Part shown: piece after piece, positions 43,201 through 56,391 of the stretch
Layout: every line of letters begins with the position of its first letter
How positions within the stretch are numbered: the first letter of the stretch is position 1
Assembly: GCA_040954595.2 (NCBI GenBank)
Contig: CM082588.2
Coordinates: 10,586,844 to 10,650,843 of the forward strand
Source of the DNA: Balanoglossus misakiensis
Taxonomy: Eukaryota > Animalia > Hemichordata
DNA: 64,000 nt
Reading direction: 5' to 3'
The notes under the pieces: model-generated
Database searches by the model: none
What the model was told of the DNA's origin: nothing
The model's input: only the letters and a program-made list of their open reading frames with translations
Position numbers and translations under genes: made by a program

Positions 43201-46200
43201 ATTTCGTCCATTTTAAAAAAAAAACATGGGGGAAAATCATCAAAAAATGACAAATTTTCGACTTTGCAAAATCTCAAAATTTCGTCGATTTTGAAAAAAA
43301 ACATTGGGGGAAAATCATCAAAAAATGACAAATTATCGACTTTGCACAATCTCACAATTTCGTCGATTTTTGAAAAAAATCATGGGTGAAAATCATCAAA
43401 AAATTACAAATTTTCGACTTTGCAAAATCTCAACATTTCGTCGATTTTTGAAAAAAATCATGGGTGAAAATCATCAAAAAATGACAAATTTTCGACTTTG
43501 CAAAATCTCACAATTTCGTCGATTTTTGAAAAAAATCATGGGTGAAAATCATCAAAAAATTACAAATTTTCGACTTTGCAAAATCTCAACATTTCGTCGA
43601 TTTTTGAAAAAAATCATGGGTGAAAATCATCAAAAAATGACAAATTTTCGACTTTGCAAAATCTCAAAATTTCGTCAATTTTTGAAAAAATCATGGGTGA
43701 AAATCATCAAAAAATGACAAATTTTCGTCTTTGCAAAATCTCAAAATTTCGTCAGTTTTTGAAAAATAATATGGTTGAAAATCATCAAAAAATGACAAAA
43801 TTATCGACTTTGCAAAATCTCACAATTTCGTCGATTTTTGAAAAAAAATCATGGGTGAAAATCATCAAAAAATTACAAATTTTCGACTTTGCAAAATCTC
43901 AACATTTCGTCGATTTTTGAAAAAAATCATGGGTGAAAATCATCAAAAAATGACAAATTTTCGACTTTGCAAAATCTCAAAATTTCGTCCATTTTAAAAA
44001 AAAAACATGGGGGAAAATCATCAAAAAATGAGAATATTTTCGACTTTGCAAAATCTCAAAATTTCGTCGATTTTGAAAAAAATCATAGGTTCGTCGATTT
44101 AAAAAAAAAACATGGGTGAAAATCATCAAAAAATGACAAATTTTCGACTTTGCAAAATCTCACAATTTCGTCGATTTTTGAAAAAAATCATGGGAGAAAA
44201 TCATCAAAAAATGACAAATTTTCGACTTTGCAAAATCTCAACATTTCGTCGATTTTTGAAAAAAATCATGGGTGAAAATCATCAAAAAATGACAAATTTT
44301 CGACTTTGCAAAATCTCAAAATTTCGTCGATTTTTGAAAAAAAATCATGGGTGTAAATCATCAAAAAATGACAAATTTTCGTCTTTGCAAAATCTCAAAA
44401 TTTCGTCCATTTTTGAATAAAAATCATGGGTGAAAATCATCAAAAAATGACACATTTTCGACTTTGCAAAATCTAAAAATTTCGTCGATTTTTGAAAAAA
44501 ATCATGGTTGAAAATCATCAAAAAATGACAAAATTTTCGACTTTGTAAAATCACAAAATTTCGTCGATTTTGAAAAAAATCATAGGTTCGTCGATTTCTA
44601 AAAAAAAACATTGGTGAAAATCATCAAAAAATGACAAATTTTCGACTTTGCAAAATCTCAAAATTTCGTCGATTTTTGAAAAAAATCATGGGTGAAAATC
44701 ATCAAAAAATGACAAATTTTCGACTTCGCAAAATCTCAAAATTTCGTCAATTTTTGAAAAAATCAGGGGTAAAAATCATCAAAAAATGACAAATTTTCGT
44801 CTTTGCTAAATCTCAAAATTTCGTCGGTTTTTGAAAAATAATATGGGTGAAAATCATCAAAAAATGACAAATTTTCGACTTTGCAAAATCTCAACATTTC
44901 GTCGATTTTTGAAAAAAATCATGGGTGAAAATCATCAAAAAATGACAAATTTTCGACTTTGCAAAATCTCAAAATTTCGTCCATTTTAAAAAAAAAACAT
45001 GGGGGAAAATCATCAAAAAATGAGAAAATTTTCGACTTTGCAAAATCTCAAAATTTCGTCGATTTTGAAAAAAATCATAGGTTCGTCGATTTAAAAAAAA
45101 AACATGGGTGAAAATCATCAAAAAATGACAAATTTTCGACTTTGCAAAATCTCACAATTTCGTCGATTTTTGAAAAAAATCATGGGAGAAAATCATCAAA
45201 AAATGACAAATTTTCGACTTTGCAAAATCTCAACATTTCGTCGATTTTTGAAAAAAATCATGGGTGAAAATCATCAAAAAATGACAAATTTTCGACTTTG
45301 CAAAATCTCACAATTTCGTCGATTTTTGAAAAAAATCATGGGTGAAAATCATCAAAAAATTACAAATTTTCGACTTTGCAAAATCTCAACATTTCGTCAA
45401 TTTTTGAAAAAATCATGGGTGAAAATCATCAAAAAATGACAAATTTTCGTCTTTGCAAAATCTCAAAATTTCGTCGGTTTTTGAAAAATAATATGGTTGA
45501 AAATCATCAAAAAATGACAAAATTATCGACTTTGCAAAATCTCACAATTTCGTCGATTTATGAAAAAAAATCATGGGTGAAAATCATCAAAAAATGACAA
45601 ATTTTCGACTTTGCAAAATCTCAAAATTTCGTCCATTTTAAAAAAAAAACATGGGGGAAAATCATCAAAAAATGAGAAAATTTTCGACTTTGCAAAATCT
45701 CAACATTTCGTCGATTTTGGAAAAAAATCATGGGTGAAAATCATCAAAAAATTACAAATTTTCGACTTTGCAAAATCTCAACATTTCGTCGATTTTTGAA
45801 AAAAATCATGGGTGAAAATCATCAAAAAATGACAAATTTTCGACTTTGCAAAATCTCAAAATTTCGTCAATTTTTGAAAAAATCATGGGTGAAAATCATC
45901 AAAAAATGACAAATTTTCGTCTTTGCAAAATCTCAAAATTTCGTCAGTTTTTGAAAAATAATATGGTTGAAAATCATCAAAAAATGACAAAATTATCGAC
46001 TTTGCAAAATCTCACAATTTCGTCGATTTTTGAAAAAAAATCATGGGTGAAAATCATCAAAAAATTACAAATTTTCGACTTTGCAAAATCTCAACATTTC
46101 GTCGATTTTTGAAAAAAATCATGGGTGAAAATCATCAAAAAATGACAAATTTTCGACTTTGCAAAATCTCAAAATTTCGTCCATTTTAAAAAAAAAACAT

Positions 46201-48450
46201 GGGGGAAAATCATCAAAAAATGAGAATATTTTCGACTTTGCAAAATCTCAAAATTTCGTCGATTTTGAAAAAAATCATAGGTTCGTCGATTTAAAAAAAA
46301 AACATGGGTGAAAATCATCAAAAAATGACAAATTTTCGACTTTGCAAAATCTCACAATTTCGTCGATTTTTGAAAAAAATCATGGGAGAAAATCATCAAA
46401 AAATGACAAATTTTCGACTTTGCAAAATCTCAACATTTCGTCGATTTTTGAAAAAAATCATGGGTGAAAATCATCAAAAAATGACAAATTTTCGACTTTG
46501 CAAAATCTCAAAATTTCGTCGATTTTTGAAAAAAAATCATGGGTGTAAATCATCAAAAAATGACAAATTTTCGTCTTTGCAAAATCTCAAAATTTCGTCC
46601 ATTTTTGAATAAAAATCATGGGTGAAAATCATCAAAAAATGACACATTTTCGACTTTGCAAAATCTAAAAATTTCGTCGATTTTTGAAAAAAATCATGGT
46701 TGAAAATCATCAAAAAATGACAAAATTTTCGACTTTGTAAAATCACAAAATTTCGTCGATTTTGAAAAAAATCATAGGTTCGTCGATTTCTAAAAAAAAA
46801 CATTGGTGAAAATCATCAAAAAATGACAAATTTTCGACTTTGCAAAATCTCAAAATTTCGTCGATTTTTGAAAAAAATCATGGGTGAAAATCATCAAAAA
46901 ATGACAAATTTTCGACTTCGCAAAATCTCAAAATTTCGTCAATTTTTGAAAAAATCAGGGGTAAAAATCATCAAAAAATGACAAATTTTCGTCTTTGCTA
47001 AATCTCAAAATTTCGTCGGTTTTTGAAAAATAATATGGGTGAAAATCATCAAAAAATGACAAATTTTCGACTTTGCAAAATCTCAACATTTCGTCGATTT
47101 TTGAAAAAAATCATGGGTGAAAATCATCAAAAAATGACAAATTTTCGACTTTGCAAAATCTCAAAATTTCGTCCATTTTAAAAAAAAACATGGGGGAAAA
47201 TCATCAAAAAATGAGAAAATTTTCGACTTTGCAAAATCTCAAAATTTCGTCGATTTTGAAAAAAATCATAGGTTCGTCGATTTAAAAAAAAAAACATGGG
47301 TGAAAATCATCAAAAAATGACAAATTTTCGACTTTGCAAAATCTCACAATTTCGTCGATTTTTGAAAAAAATCATGGGAGAAAATCATCAAAAAATGACA
47401 AATTTTCGACTTTGCAAAATCTCAACATTTCGTCGATTTTTGAAAAAAATCATGGGTGAAAATCATCAAAAAATGACAAATTTTCGACTTTGCAAAATCT
47501 CACAATTTCGTCGATTTTTGAAAAAAATCATGGGTGAAAATCATCAAAAAATTACAAATTTTCGACTTTGCAAAATCTCAACATTTCGTCAATTTTTGAA
47601 AAAATCATGTGTGAAAATCATCAAAAAATGACAAATTTTCGTCTTTGCAAAATCTCAAAATTTCGTCGGTTTTTGAAAAATAATATGGTTGAAAATCATC
47701 AAAAAATGACAAAATTATCGACTTTGCAAAATCTCACAATTTCGTCGATTTTTGAAAAAAAATCATGGGTGAAAATCATCAAAAAATGACAAATTTTCGA
47801 CTTTGCAAAATCTCAAAATTTCGTCCATTTTAAAAAAAAAACATGGGGGAAAATCATCAAAAAATGAGAAAATTTTCGACTTTGCAAAATCTCAAAATTT
47901 CGTCGATTTTGAAAAAAATCATAGGTTCGTCGATTTAAAAAAAAAACATGGGTGAAAATCATCAAAAAATGACAAATTTTCGACTTTGCAAAATCTCACA
48001 ATTTCGTCGATTTTTGAAAAAAATCATGGGAGAAAATCATCAAAAAATGACAAATTTTCGACTTTGCAAAATCTCAACATTTCGTCGATTTTTGAAAAAA
48101 ATCATGGGTGAAAATCATCAAAAAATGACAAATTTTCGACTTTGCAAAATCTCAAAATTTCGTCGATTTTTGAAAAAAAATCATGGGTGTAAATCATCAA
48201 AAAATGACAAATTTTCGTCTTTGCAAAATCTCAAAATTTCGTCCATTTTTGAATAAAAATCATGGGTGAAAATCATCAAAAAATGACACATTTTCGACTT
48301 TGCAAAATCTAAAAATTTCGTCGATTTTTGAAAAAAATCATGGTTGAAAATCATCAAAAAATGACAAAATTTTCGACTTTGTAAAATCACAAAATTTCGT
48401 CGATTTTGAAAAAAATCATAGGTTCGTCGATTTCTAAAAAAAAACATGGG
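40296..48450 (+). repeat. Higher-order repeat block, ~2.2-kb period (2198/2192 bp, plus a 1644-bp variant); boundaries approximate
   Basis: Identical or near-identical ORF-track landmarks at 40870/43068, 43654/45846, 44112/46304/47948 and 45104/47296. Confidence 0.8.
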
Positions 48451-49169
48451 TGAAAATCATCAAAAAATGACAAATTTTCGACTTTGCAAAATCTCAAAAT
48501 TTCGTCGATTTTTGAAAAAAATCATGGGTGAAAATCATCAAAAAATGACAAATTTTCGACTTCGCAAAATCTCAAAATTTCGTCAATTTTTGAAAAAATC
48601 AGGGGTAAAAATCATCAAAAAATGACAAATTTTCGTCTTTGCTAAATCTCAAAATTTCGTCGGTTTTTGAAAAATAATATGGGTGAAAATCATCAAAAAA
48701 TGACAAATTTTCGACTTTGCAAAATCTCAACATTTCGTCGATTTTTGTAAAAAATCATGGGTGAAAATCATCAAAAAATGACAAATTTTCGACTTTGCAA
48801 AATCTCAAAATTTCGTCCATTTTAAAAAAAAAACATGGGGGAAAATCATCAAAAAATGAGAAAATTTTCGACTTTGCAAAATCTCAAAATTTCGTCGATT
48901 TTGAAAAAAAACATTGGGGGAAAATCATCAAAAAATGACAAATTATCGACTTTGCAAAATCTCACAATTTCGTCGATTTTTGAAAAAAATCATGGGTGAA
49001 AATCATCAAAAAATTACAAATTTTCGACTTTGCAAAATCTCAACATTTCGTCGATTTTTGAAAAAAAATCATGGGTGAAAATCATCAAAAAATTACAAAT
49101 TTTCGACTTTGCAAAATCTCAACATTTCGTCGATTTTTGAAAAAAATCATGGGTGAAAATCATCAAAAA

Positions 49170-52100
49170 ATGACAAATTTTCGACTTTGCAAAATCTCAA
49201 AATTTCGTCAATTTTTGAAAAAATCATGGGTGAAAATCATCAAAAAATGACAAATTTTCGTCTATGCAAAATCTCAAAATTTCGTCGGTTTTTGAAAAAT
49301 AATATGGTTGAAAATCATCAAAAAATGACAAAATTATCGACTTTGCAAAATCTCAACATTTCGTCGATTTTTGAAAAAAATCATGGGTGAAAATCATCAA
49401 AAAATGACAAATTTTCGACTTTGCAAAATCTCAAAATTTCGTCGATTTTGAAAAAAATCATAGGTTCGTCGATTTAAAAAAAAAAAACATGGGTGAAAAT
49501 CATCAAAAAATGACAAATTTTCGACTTTGCAAAATCTCACAATTTCGTCGATTTTTGAAAAAAATCATGGGAGAAAATCATCAAAAAATGACAAATTTTC
49601 GACTTTGCAAAATCTCAACATTTCGTCGATTTTTGAAAAAAATCATGGGTGAAAATCATCAAAAAATGACAAATTTTCGACTTTGCAAAATCTCAACATT
49701 TCGTCGATTTTTGAAAAAAATCATGGGTGAAAATCATCAAAAAATGACAAATTTTCGACTTTGCAAAATCTCAAAATTTCGTCGATTTTGAAAAAAATCA
49801 TAGGTTCGTCGTTTTTTTTAAAAAAAAACATGGGTGAAAATCATCAAAAAATGACAAATTTTTGACTTTGCAAAATCTCACAATTTCGTCGATTTTTGAA
49901 AAAAATCATGGGTGAAAATCATCAAAAAATGACAAATTTTCGACTTTGCAAAATCTCAAAATTTCGTCCATTTTAAAAAAAAAACATGGGGGAAAATCAT
50001 CAAAAAATGACAAATTTTCGACTTTGCAAAATCTCAAAATTTCGTCGATTTTGAAAAAAACCATTGGGGGAAAATCATCAAAAAATGACAAATTTTCGAC
50101 TTTGCAAAATCTCAAAATTTCGTCAATTTTTGAAAAAATCATGGGTGAAAATCATCAAAAAATTACAAATTTTCGTCTATGCAAAATCTCAAAATTTCGT
50201 CGGTTTTTGAAAAATAATATGGTTGAAAATCATCAAAAAATGACAAAATTATCGACTTTGCAAAATCTCAACATTTCGTCGATTTTTGAAAAAAATCATG
50301 GGTGAAAATCATCAAAAAATGACAAATTTTCGACTTTGCAAAATCTCAAAATTTCGTCGATTTTGAAAAAAATCATAGGTTCGTCGATTTAAAAAAAAAA
50401 AACATGGGTGAAAATCATCAAAAAATGACAAATTTTCGACTTTGCAAAATCTCACAATTTCGTCGATTTTTGAAAAAAATCATGGGAGAAAATCATCAAA
50501 AAATGACAAATTTTCGACTTTGCAAAATCTCAACATTTCGTCGATTTTTGAAAAAAATCATGGGTGAAAATCATCAAAAAATGACAAATTTTCGACTTTG
50601 CAAAATCTCAACATTTCGTCGATTTTTGAAAAAAATCATGGGTGAAAATCATCAAAAAATGACAAATTTTCGACTTTGCAAAATCTCAAAATTTCGTCGA
50701 TTTTGAAAAAAATCATAGGTTCGTCGTTTTTTTAAAAAAAAAACATGGGTGAAAATCATCAAAAAATGACAAATTTTTGACTTTGCAAAATCTCACAATT
50801 TCGTCGATTTTTGAAAAAAATCATGGGTGAAAATCATCAAAAAATGACAAATTTTCGACTTTGCAAAATCTCAAAATTTCGTCCATTTTAAAAAAAAAAC
50901 ATGGGGGAAAATCATCAAAAAATGACAAATTTTCGACTTTGCAAAATCTCAAAATTTCGTCGATTTTGAAAAAAACCATTGGGGGAAAATCATCAAAAAA
51001 TGACAAATTTTCGACTTTGCAAAATCTCAAAATTTCGTCGATTTTGAAAAAAAACCATTGGGGGAAAATCATCAAAAAATTACAAATTTTCGACTTTGCA
51101 AAATCTCAACATTTCGTCGATTTTGAAAAAAAACCATTGGGGGAAAATCATCAAAAAATTACAAATTTTCGACTTTGCAAAATCTCAACATTTCGTCGAT
51201 TTTTGAAAAAAATCATGGGTGAAAATAATCAAAAAATGACAAATTTTCGACTTTGCAAAATCTCAAAATTTCGTCGATTTTGAAAAAAATCATAGGTTCG
51301 TCGATTTTAAAAATAAAACATGGGTGAAAATCATCAAAAAATGACAAATTTTCGACTTTGCAAAATCTCACAATTTTGTCGATTTTTGAAAAAAATCATG
51401 GGAGAAAATCATCAAAAAATGACAAATTTTCGACTTTGCAAAATCTCAAAATTTCGTCGATTTTGAAAAAAATCATAGGTTCGTCGATTTAAAAAAAAAA
51501 AACATGGGTGAAAATCATCAAAAAATGACAAATTTTCGACTTTGCAAAATCTCACAATTTCGTCGATTTTTGAAAAAAATCATGGGAGAAAATCATCAAA
51601 AAATGACAAATTTTCGACTTTGCAAAATCTCAACATTTCGTCGATTTTTGAAAAAAATCATGGGTGAAAATCATCAAAAAATGACAAATTTTCGACTTTG
51701 CAAAATCTCAACATTTCGTCGATTTTTGAAAAAAATCATGGGTGAAAATCATCAAAAAATGACAAATTTTCGACTTTGCAAAATCTCAAAATTTCGTCGA
51801 TTTTGAAAAAAATCATAGGTTCGTCGTTTTTTTTTAAAAAAAACATGGGTGAAAATCATCAAAAAATGACAAATTTTTGACTTTGCAAAATCTCACAATT
51901 TCGTCGATTTTTGAAAAAAATCATGGGTGAAAATCATCAAAAAATGACAAATTTTCGACTTTGCAAAATCTCAAAATTTCGTCCATTTTAAAAAAAAAAC
52001 ATGGGGGAAAATCATCAAAAAATGACAAATTTTCGACTTTGCAAAATCTCAAAATTTCGTCGATTTTGAAAAAAACCATTGGGTGAAAATCATCAAAAAA

Positions 52101-52300
52101 TGACAAATTTTCGACTTTGCAAAATCTCAAAATTTCGTCGATTTTGAAAAAAAACCATTGGGGGAAAATCATCAAAAAATTACAAATTTTCGACTTTGCA
52201 AAATCTCAACATTTCGTCGATTTTTGAAAAAAATCATGGGTGAAAATCATCAAAAAATGACAAATTTTCGACTTTGCAAAATCTCAAAATTTCGTCGATT
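49170..52300 (+). repeat. Higher-order repeat block, ~0.9-1.1-kb period; boundaries approximate
   Basis: An identical 100-codon landmark ORF occurs at 49489, 50404 and 51504, each followed by the variant CATAGGTTCGTCGTTTTTTT. Confidence 0.8.
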
Positions 52301-55300
52301 TTGAAAAAAATCATAGGTTCGTCGATTTAAAAAAAAAAACGGGTGAAAATCATCAAAAAATGACAAATTTTCGACTTTGCAAAATCTCACAATTTCGTCG
52401 ATTTTTGAAAAAAATCATGGGAGAAAATCATCAAAAAATGACAAATTTTCGACTTTGCAAAATCTCAACATTTCGTCGATTTTTGAAAAAAATCATGGGT
52501 GAAAATCATCAAAAAATGACAAATTTTCGACTGTGCAAAATCTCAAAATTTCGTCGATTTTTGAAAAAAAATCATGGTTGAAAATCATCAAAAAATGACA
52601 AAATTTTCGACTTTGCAAAATCACACAATTTCGTCGATTTTGAAAAAAATCATAGGTTCGTCGATTTTTAAAAAAAAACATGGGTGAAAATCATCAAAAA
52701 ATGACAAATTTTCGACTTTGCAAAATCTTAAAATTTCGTCGATTTTTTAAAAAAAATCATGGGTGAAAATCATCAAAAAATGACACATTTTCGACTTTGC
52801 AAAATCTTAAAATTTCGTCGATTTTTGAGAAAAATCATGGGTGAAAATCATCAAAAAATGACAAATTTTCGACTTTGCAAAATCTCAAAATTTTGTCGAT
52901 TTTTGAAAAAAATCATAAGTGAAAATCATCAAAAAATGACAAATTTTCGACTTCGCAAAATCTCAAAATTTCGTCAATTTTTGAAAAAATCAGGGGTAAA
53001 AATCATCAAAAAATGACAAATTTTCGTCTTTGCTAAATCTCAAAATTTCGTCGGTTTTTGAAAAATAATATGGGTGAAAATCATCAAAAAATGACAAATT
53101 TTCGACTTTGCAAAATCTCAAAATTTCGTCCATTTTTGAAAAAAAATCATGGGTAAAAATCATCAAAAAATGACAAATTTTCGTCTTTGCAAAATCTCAA
53201 AATTTCGTCCATTTAAAAAAAAAACATGGGGGAAAATCATCAAAAAATGACAAATTTTCGTCTTTGCAAAATCTCAAAATTTCGTCCATTTAAAAAAAAA
53301 AAACATGGGTGAAAATCATCAAAAAATGACAAATTTTCGACTTTGCAAAATCTCAAAATTTCGTCGATTTTTGAAAAAAAATCATGGGTGAAAATCATCA
53401 AAAAATGACAAATTTTCGTCTTTGCAAAATCTCAAAATTTCGTCCATTTTAAAAAAAAAACATGGGGCAAAATCATCAAAAAATGACAAATTTTCGACTT
53501 TGCAAAATCTCAAAATTTCGTCGATTTTTGAAAAAAAATCATGGGTGAAAATCATCAAAAAAAGACAAATTTTCGTCTTTGCAAAATCTCAAAATTTCGT
53601 CCATTTTTGAATAAAAATCATGGGTAAAAATCATCAAAAATGACAAATTTTCGTCTTTGCAAAATCTCAAATTTTCGTCGATTTTTGAAAAAAAATCATG
53701 GTTGAAAATCATCAAAAAATGACAAAATTTTCGACTTTGTAAAATCACAAAATTTCGTCGATTTTGAAAAAAATCATAGGTTCGTCGATTTTTTAAAAAA
53801 AAAACATGGGTGAAAATCATCAAAAAATGACAAATTTTCGACTTTGCAAAATCTCAAAATTTCGTCGATTTTTGAAAAAAAATCATGGGTGAAAATCATC
53901 AAAAAATGACACATTTTCGATTATGCAAAATCTCAAAATTTCGTCGATTTTTGAAAAAAAATCATGGGTAAAAATCATCAAAAAATGACAAATTTACGTC
54001 TTAGCAAAATCTTAAAATTTCGTCGATTTTTGAAACAAATCATGGGTGAAAATCATCAAAAAATGACACATTTTCGACTTTGCAAAATCTAAAAATTTCG
54101 TCGATTTTTGAAAAATAATATGAGTGAAAATCATCAAAAAATGGCAAATTTTCGACTTTGCAAAATCTCAAAATTTCGTCCATTTAAAAAAAAAAAACAT
54201 GGGGGAAAATCATCAAAAACTGACAAATTTTCGACTTTGCAAAATCTCAAAATTTCGTCGATTTTTGAAAAAAAATCATGGGTGAAAATCATCAAAAAAT
54301 GACAAATTTTCGTCTTTGCAAAATCTCAAAATTTCGTCCATTTTAAAAAAAAAACATGGGGCAAAATCATCAAAAAATGACAAATTTTCGACTTTGCAAA
54401 ATCTCAAAATTTCGTCGATTTTTGAAAAAAAATCATGGGTGAAAATCATCAAAAAATGACAAATTTTCGTCTTTGCAAAATCTCAAAATTTCGTCCATTT
54501 TTGAATAAAAATCATGGGTAAAAATCATCAAAAATGACAAATTTTCGTCTTTGCTATATCTCAAAATTTCGTCGGTTTTTGAAAAATAATATGGGTGAAA
54601 ATCATCAAAAAATGACAAATTTTCGACTTTGCAAAATCTTAAAATTTCGTCGATTTTTGAAAAAAATCATCAAAAAATGACAAATTTTCGACTTTGCAAA
54701 ATCTCAAAATTTCGTCAATATTTGAAAAATTCATGGGTAAAAATCATCAAAAAATGACAAATTTTCGTCTTTGCTAAATCTCAAAATTTCGTCGGTTTTT
54801 GAAAAATAATATGGGTGAAAATCATCAAAAAATGACAAATTTTCGACTTTGCAAAATCTCAAAATTTCGTCCATTTTTGAAAAAAAATCATGGGTAAAAA
54901 TCATCAAAAAATGACAAATTTTCGTCTTTGCAAAATCTCAAAATTTCGTCCATTTTAAAAAAAAAACATGGGGGAAAATCATCAAAAAATGACAAATTTT
55001 CGACTTTGCAAAATCTCAAAATTTCGTCGATTTTTGAAAAAAAATCATGGGTGAAAATCATCAAAAAATGACAAATTTTCGTCTTTGCAAAATCTCAAAA
55101 TTTCGTCCATTTTTGAATAAAAATCATGGGTAAAAATAATCAAAAATGACAAATTTTCGTCTTTGCAAAATCTCAAATTTTCGTCGATTTTTGAAAAAAA
55201 ATCATGGGAGAAAATCATCAAAAAATGACAAATTTTCGACTTTGCAAAATCTCAACATTTCGTCGATTTTTGAAAAAAATCATGGGTGAAAATCATCAAA

Positions 55301-55635
55301 AAATGACAAATTTTCGACTTTGCAAAATCTCAACATTTCGTCGATTTTTGAAAAAAATCATGGGTGAAAATCATCAAAAAATGACAAATTTTCGACTTTG
55401 CAAAGTCTCAACATTTCGTCGATTTTTGAAAAAATCATGGGTGAAAATCATCAAAAAATGACAAAATTTTCGACTTTGCAAAATCTCAAAATTTCGTCGA
55501 TTTTGAAAAAAATCATAGGTTCGTCGATTTTTTAAAAAAAAACATGGGTGAAAATCATCAAAAAATGACAAATTTTTGACTTTGCAAAATCTCACAATTT
55601 CGTCGATTTTCGTCCATTTAAAAAAAAATCATGTA

Positions 55636-55667
55636 GGTAACATTGCGATCAACGGCATAATGTTACC
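55636..55667. other. 5'-terminal inverted repeat/hairpin of the element (9-bp perfect arms, 14-bp spacer)
   Basis: GGTAACATT (55636-55644) and AATGTTACC (55659-55667) are exact reverse complements. Confidence 0.85.
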
Positions 55668-56385
55668 CAATTAAGCAACTCGAAAAGGGGCGCCCTCAAC
55701 CTCAAACGAGCCTCAAAAATCCCATAATCCATCACTCACGGCCACTTCAAGGGTTCGGAGCGTGTCCTGCAGTGCTCGCTCTCTCTGCCTCAATTTCAAT
55801 TTCTCACCGTTATTATGGAGAACGCTGAACAACAGCTGCTGGATTTGGGAATAGAGCCCAGTCCAGTCGCCAAAAAGGGACCTGCAACTCGCAGTAAGAC
55901 TACGACAAGAGCATCGACCTGTCGAAAAGTTCGCGTGGTCCCCCCCACCAAACTTTCCAAAGTACCAATGGCGTCAGCTCGTTCGAAAGGCGGGAAATGT
56001 AGCAAACCTGTCAAGGAAGAAGACACTTCATCTGACGGGGAAGATGTGAGGTCAGAGAAAGAGAAGTTGCAGGCGGAGATAGCGAGACTGCAGGAGCAAT
56101 CTGAAGTAGACAATTTAAGAAAACAACTAAAAGAAATGAAACTGGAGAAGGAACGACGCAGCCCGCCAGCCGCTTCGAGCGGAAGTCCCAGAAGTCACGA
56201 CCTGAGTCAACTCACGCTACCCGATCTCAAGAGGATGGCGAAAGAAGACTCACAATTGCAGTGGTCGTTACCATCAGGCAGTCCGTGGCTACCAGCGACA
56301 GGGGCCGCTGGCGGCGGTGAAGACCTCCAACCGAACCAACTCCTGGCACAGTCCGGTTTATACACAGCAGCGCAGAGCAAAGCAG

Positions 56386-56391
56386 GTAACG
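56386..56391 (+). promoter_or_regulatory. Candidate 5' splice donor (phase 1) inside gag
   Basis: GCAG|GTAACG; the exon would end on the first base of codon 191. A second phase-1 candidate, GAAG|GTAATC, lies at 56536. Confidence 0.5.

Larger units (their letters stand above)
263..55633 (+). repeat. Tandem satellite array, 78-bp monomer (about 77-81 bp through A-tract slippage) interspersed with ~28-bp deletion-derivative units; roughly 700 units
   Basis: Continuous head-to-tail repetition of the monomer. The short unit CATGGGTTCGT(C/T)(G/C)ATTTTTGA(n) equals monomer positions 1-7 joined to 58-78. Confidence 0.99.

Noticed and set aside
36-55595. Dozens of 60-145 aa ORFs (MGENHQKMTNFRLCKISKFRRFLKKI repeats and antisense equivalents)
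   Set aside because: 78 bp equals 26 codons with a stop-free frame. The ORFs start and stop at A-tract slips, with no sign of frame preservation.
263-55633. CRISPR-like array (28-bp units separated by longer sequence)
   Set aside because: The intervening sequence is itself the repeat, there are no unique spacers or cas genes, and the context is eukaryotic.
1500-55633. CENP-B box in the monomer (TTCG motifs)
   Set aside because: The required TTCG-N4-A-N2-CGGG pattern is not present.
55634-55814. Self-cleaving ribozyme or tRNA primer-binding site in the leader or trailer
   Set aside because: Small stems exist (CTCG/CGAG, AGGG-GCG-CCCT), but I could not find hammerhead or HDV core motifs or a TGG-initiated PBS. 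An Infernal/Rfam search would be needed.
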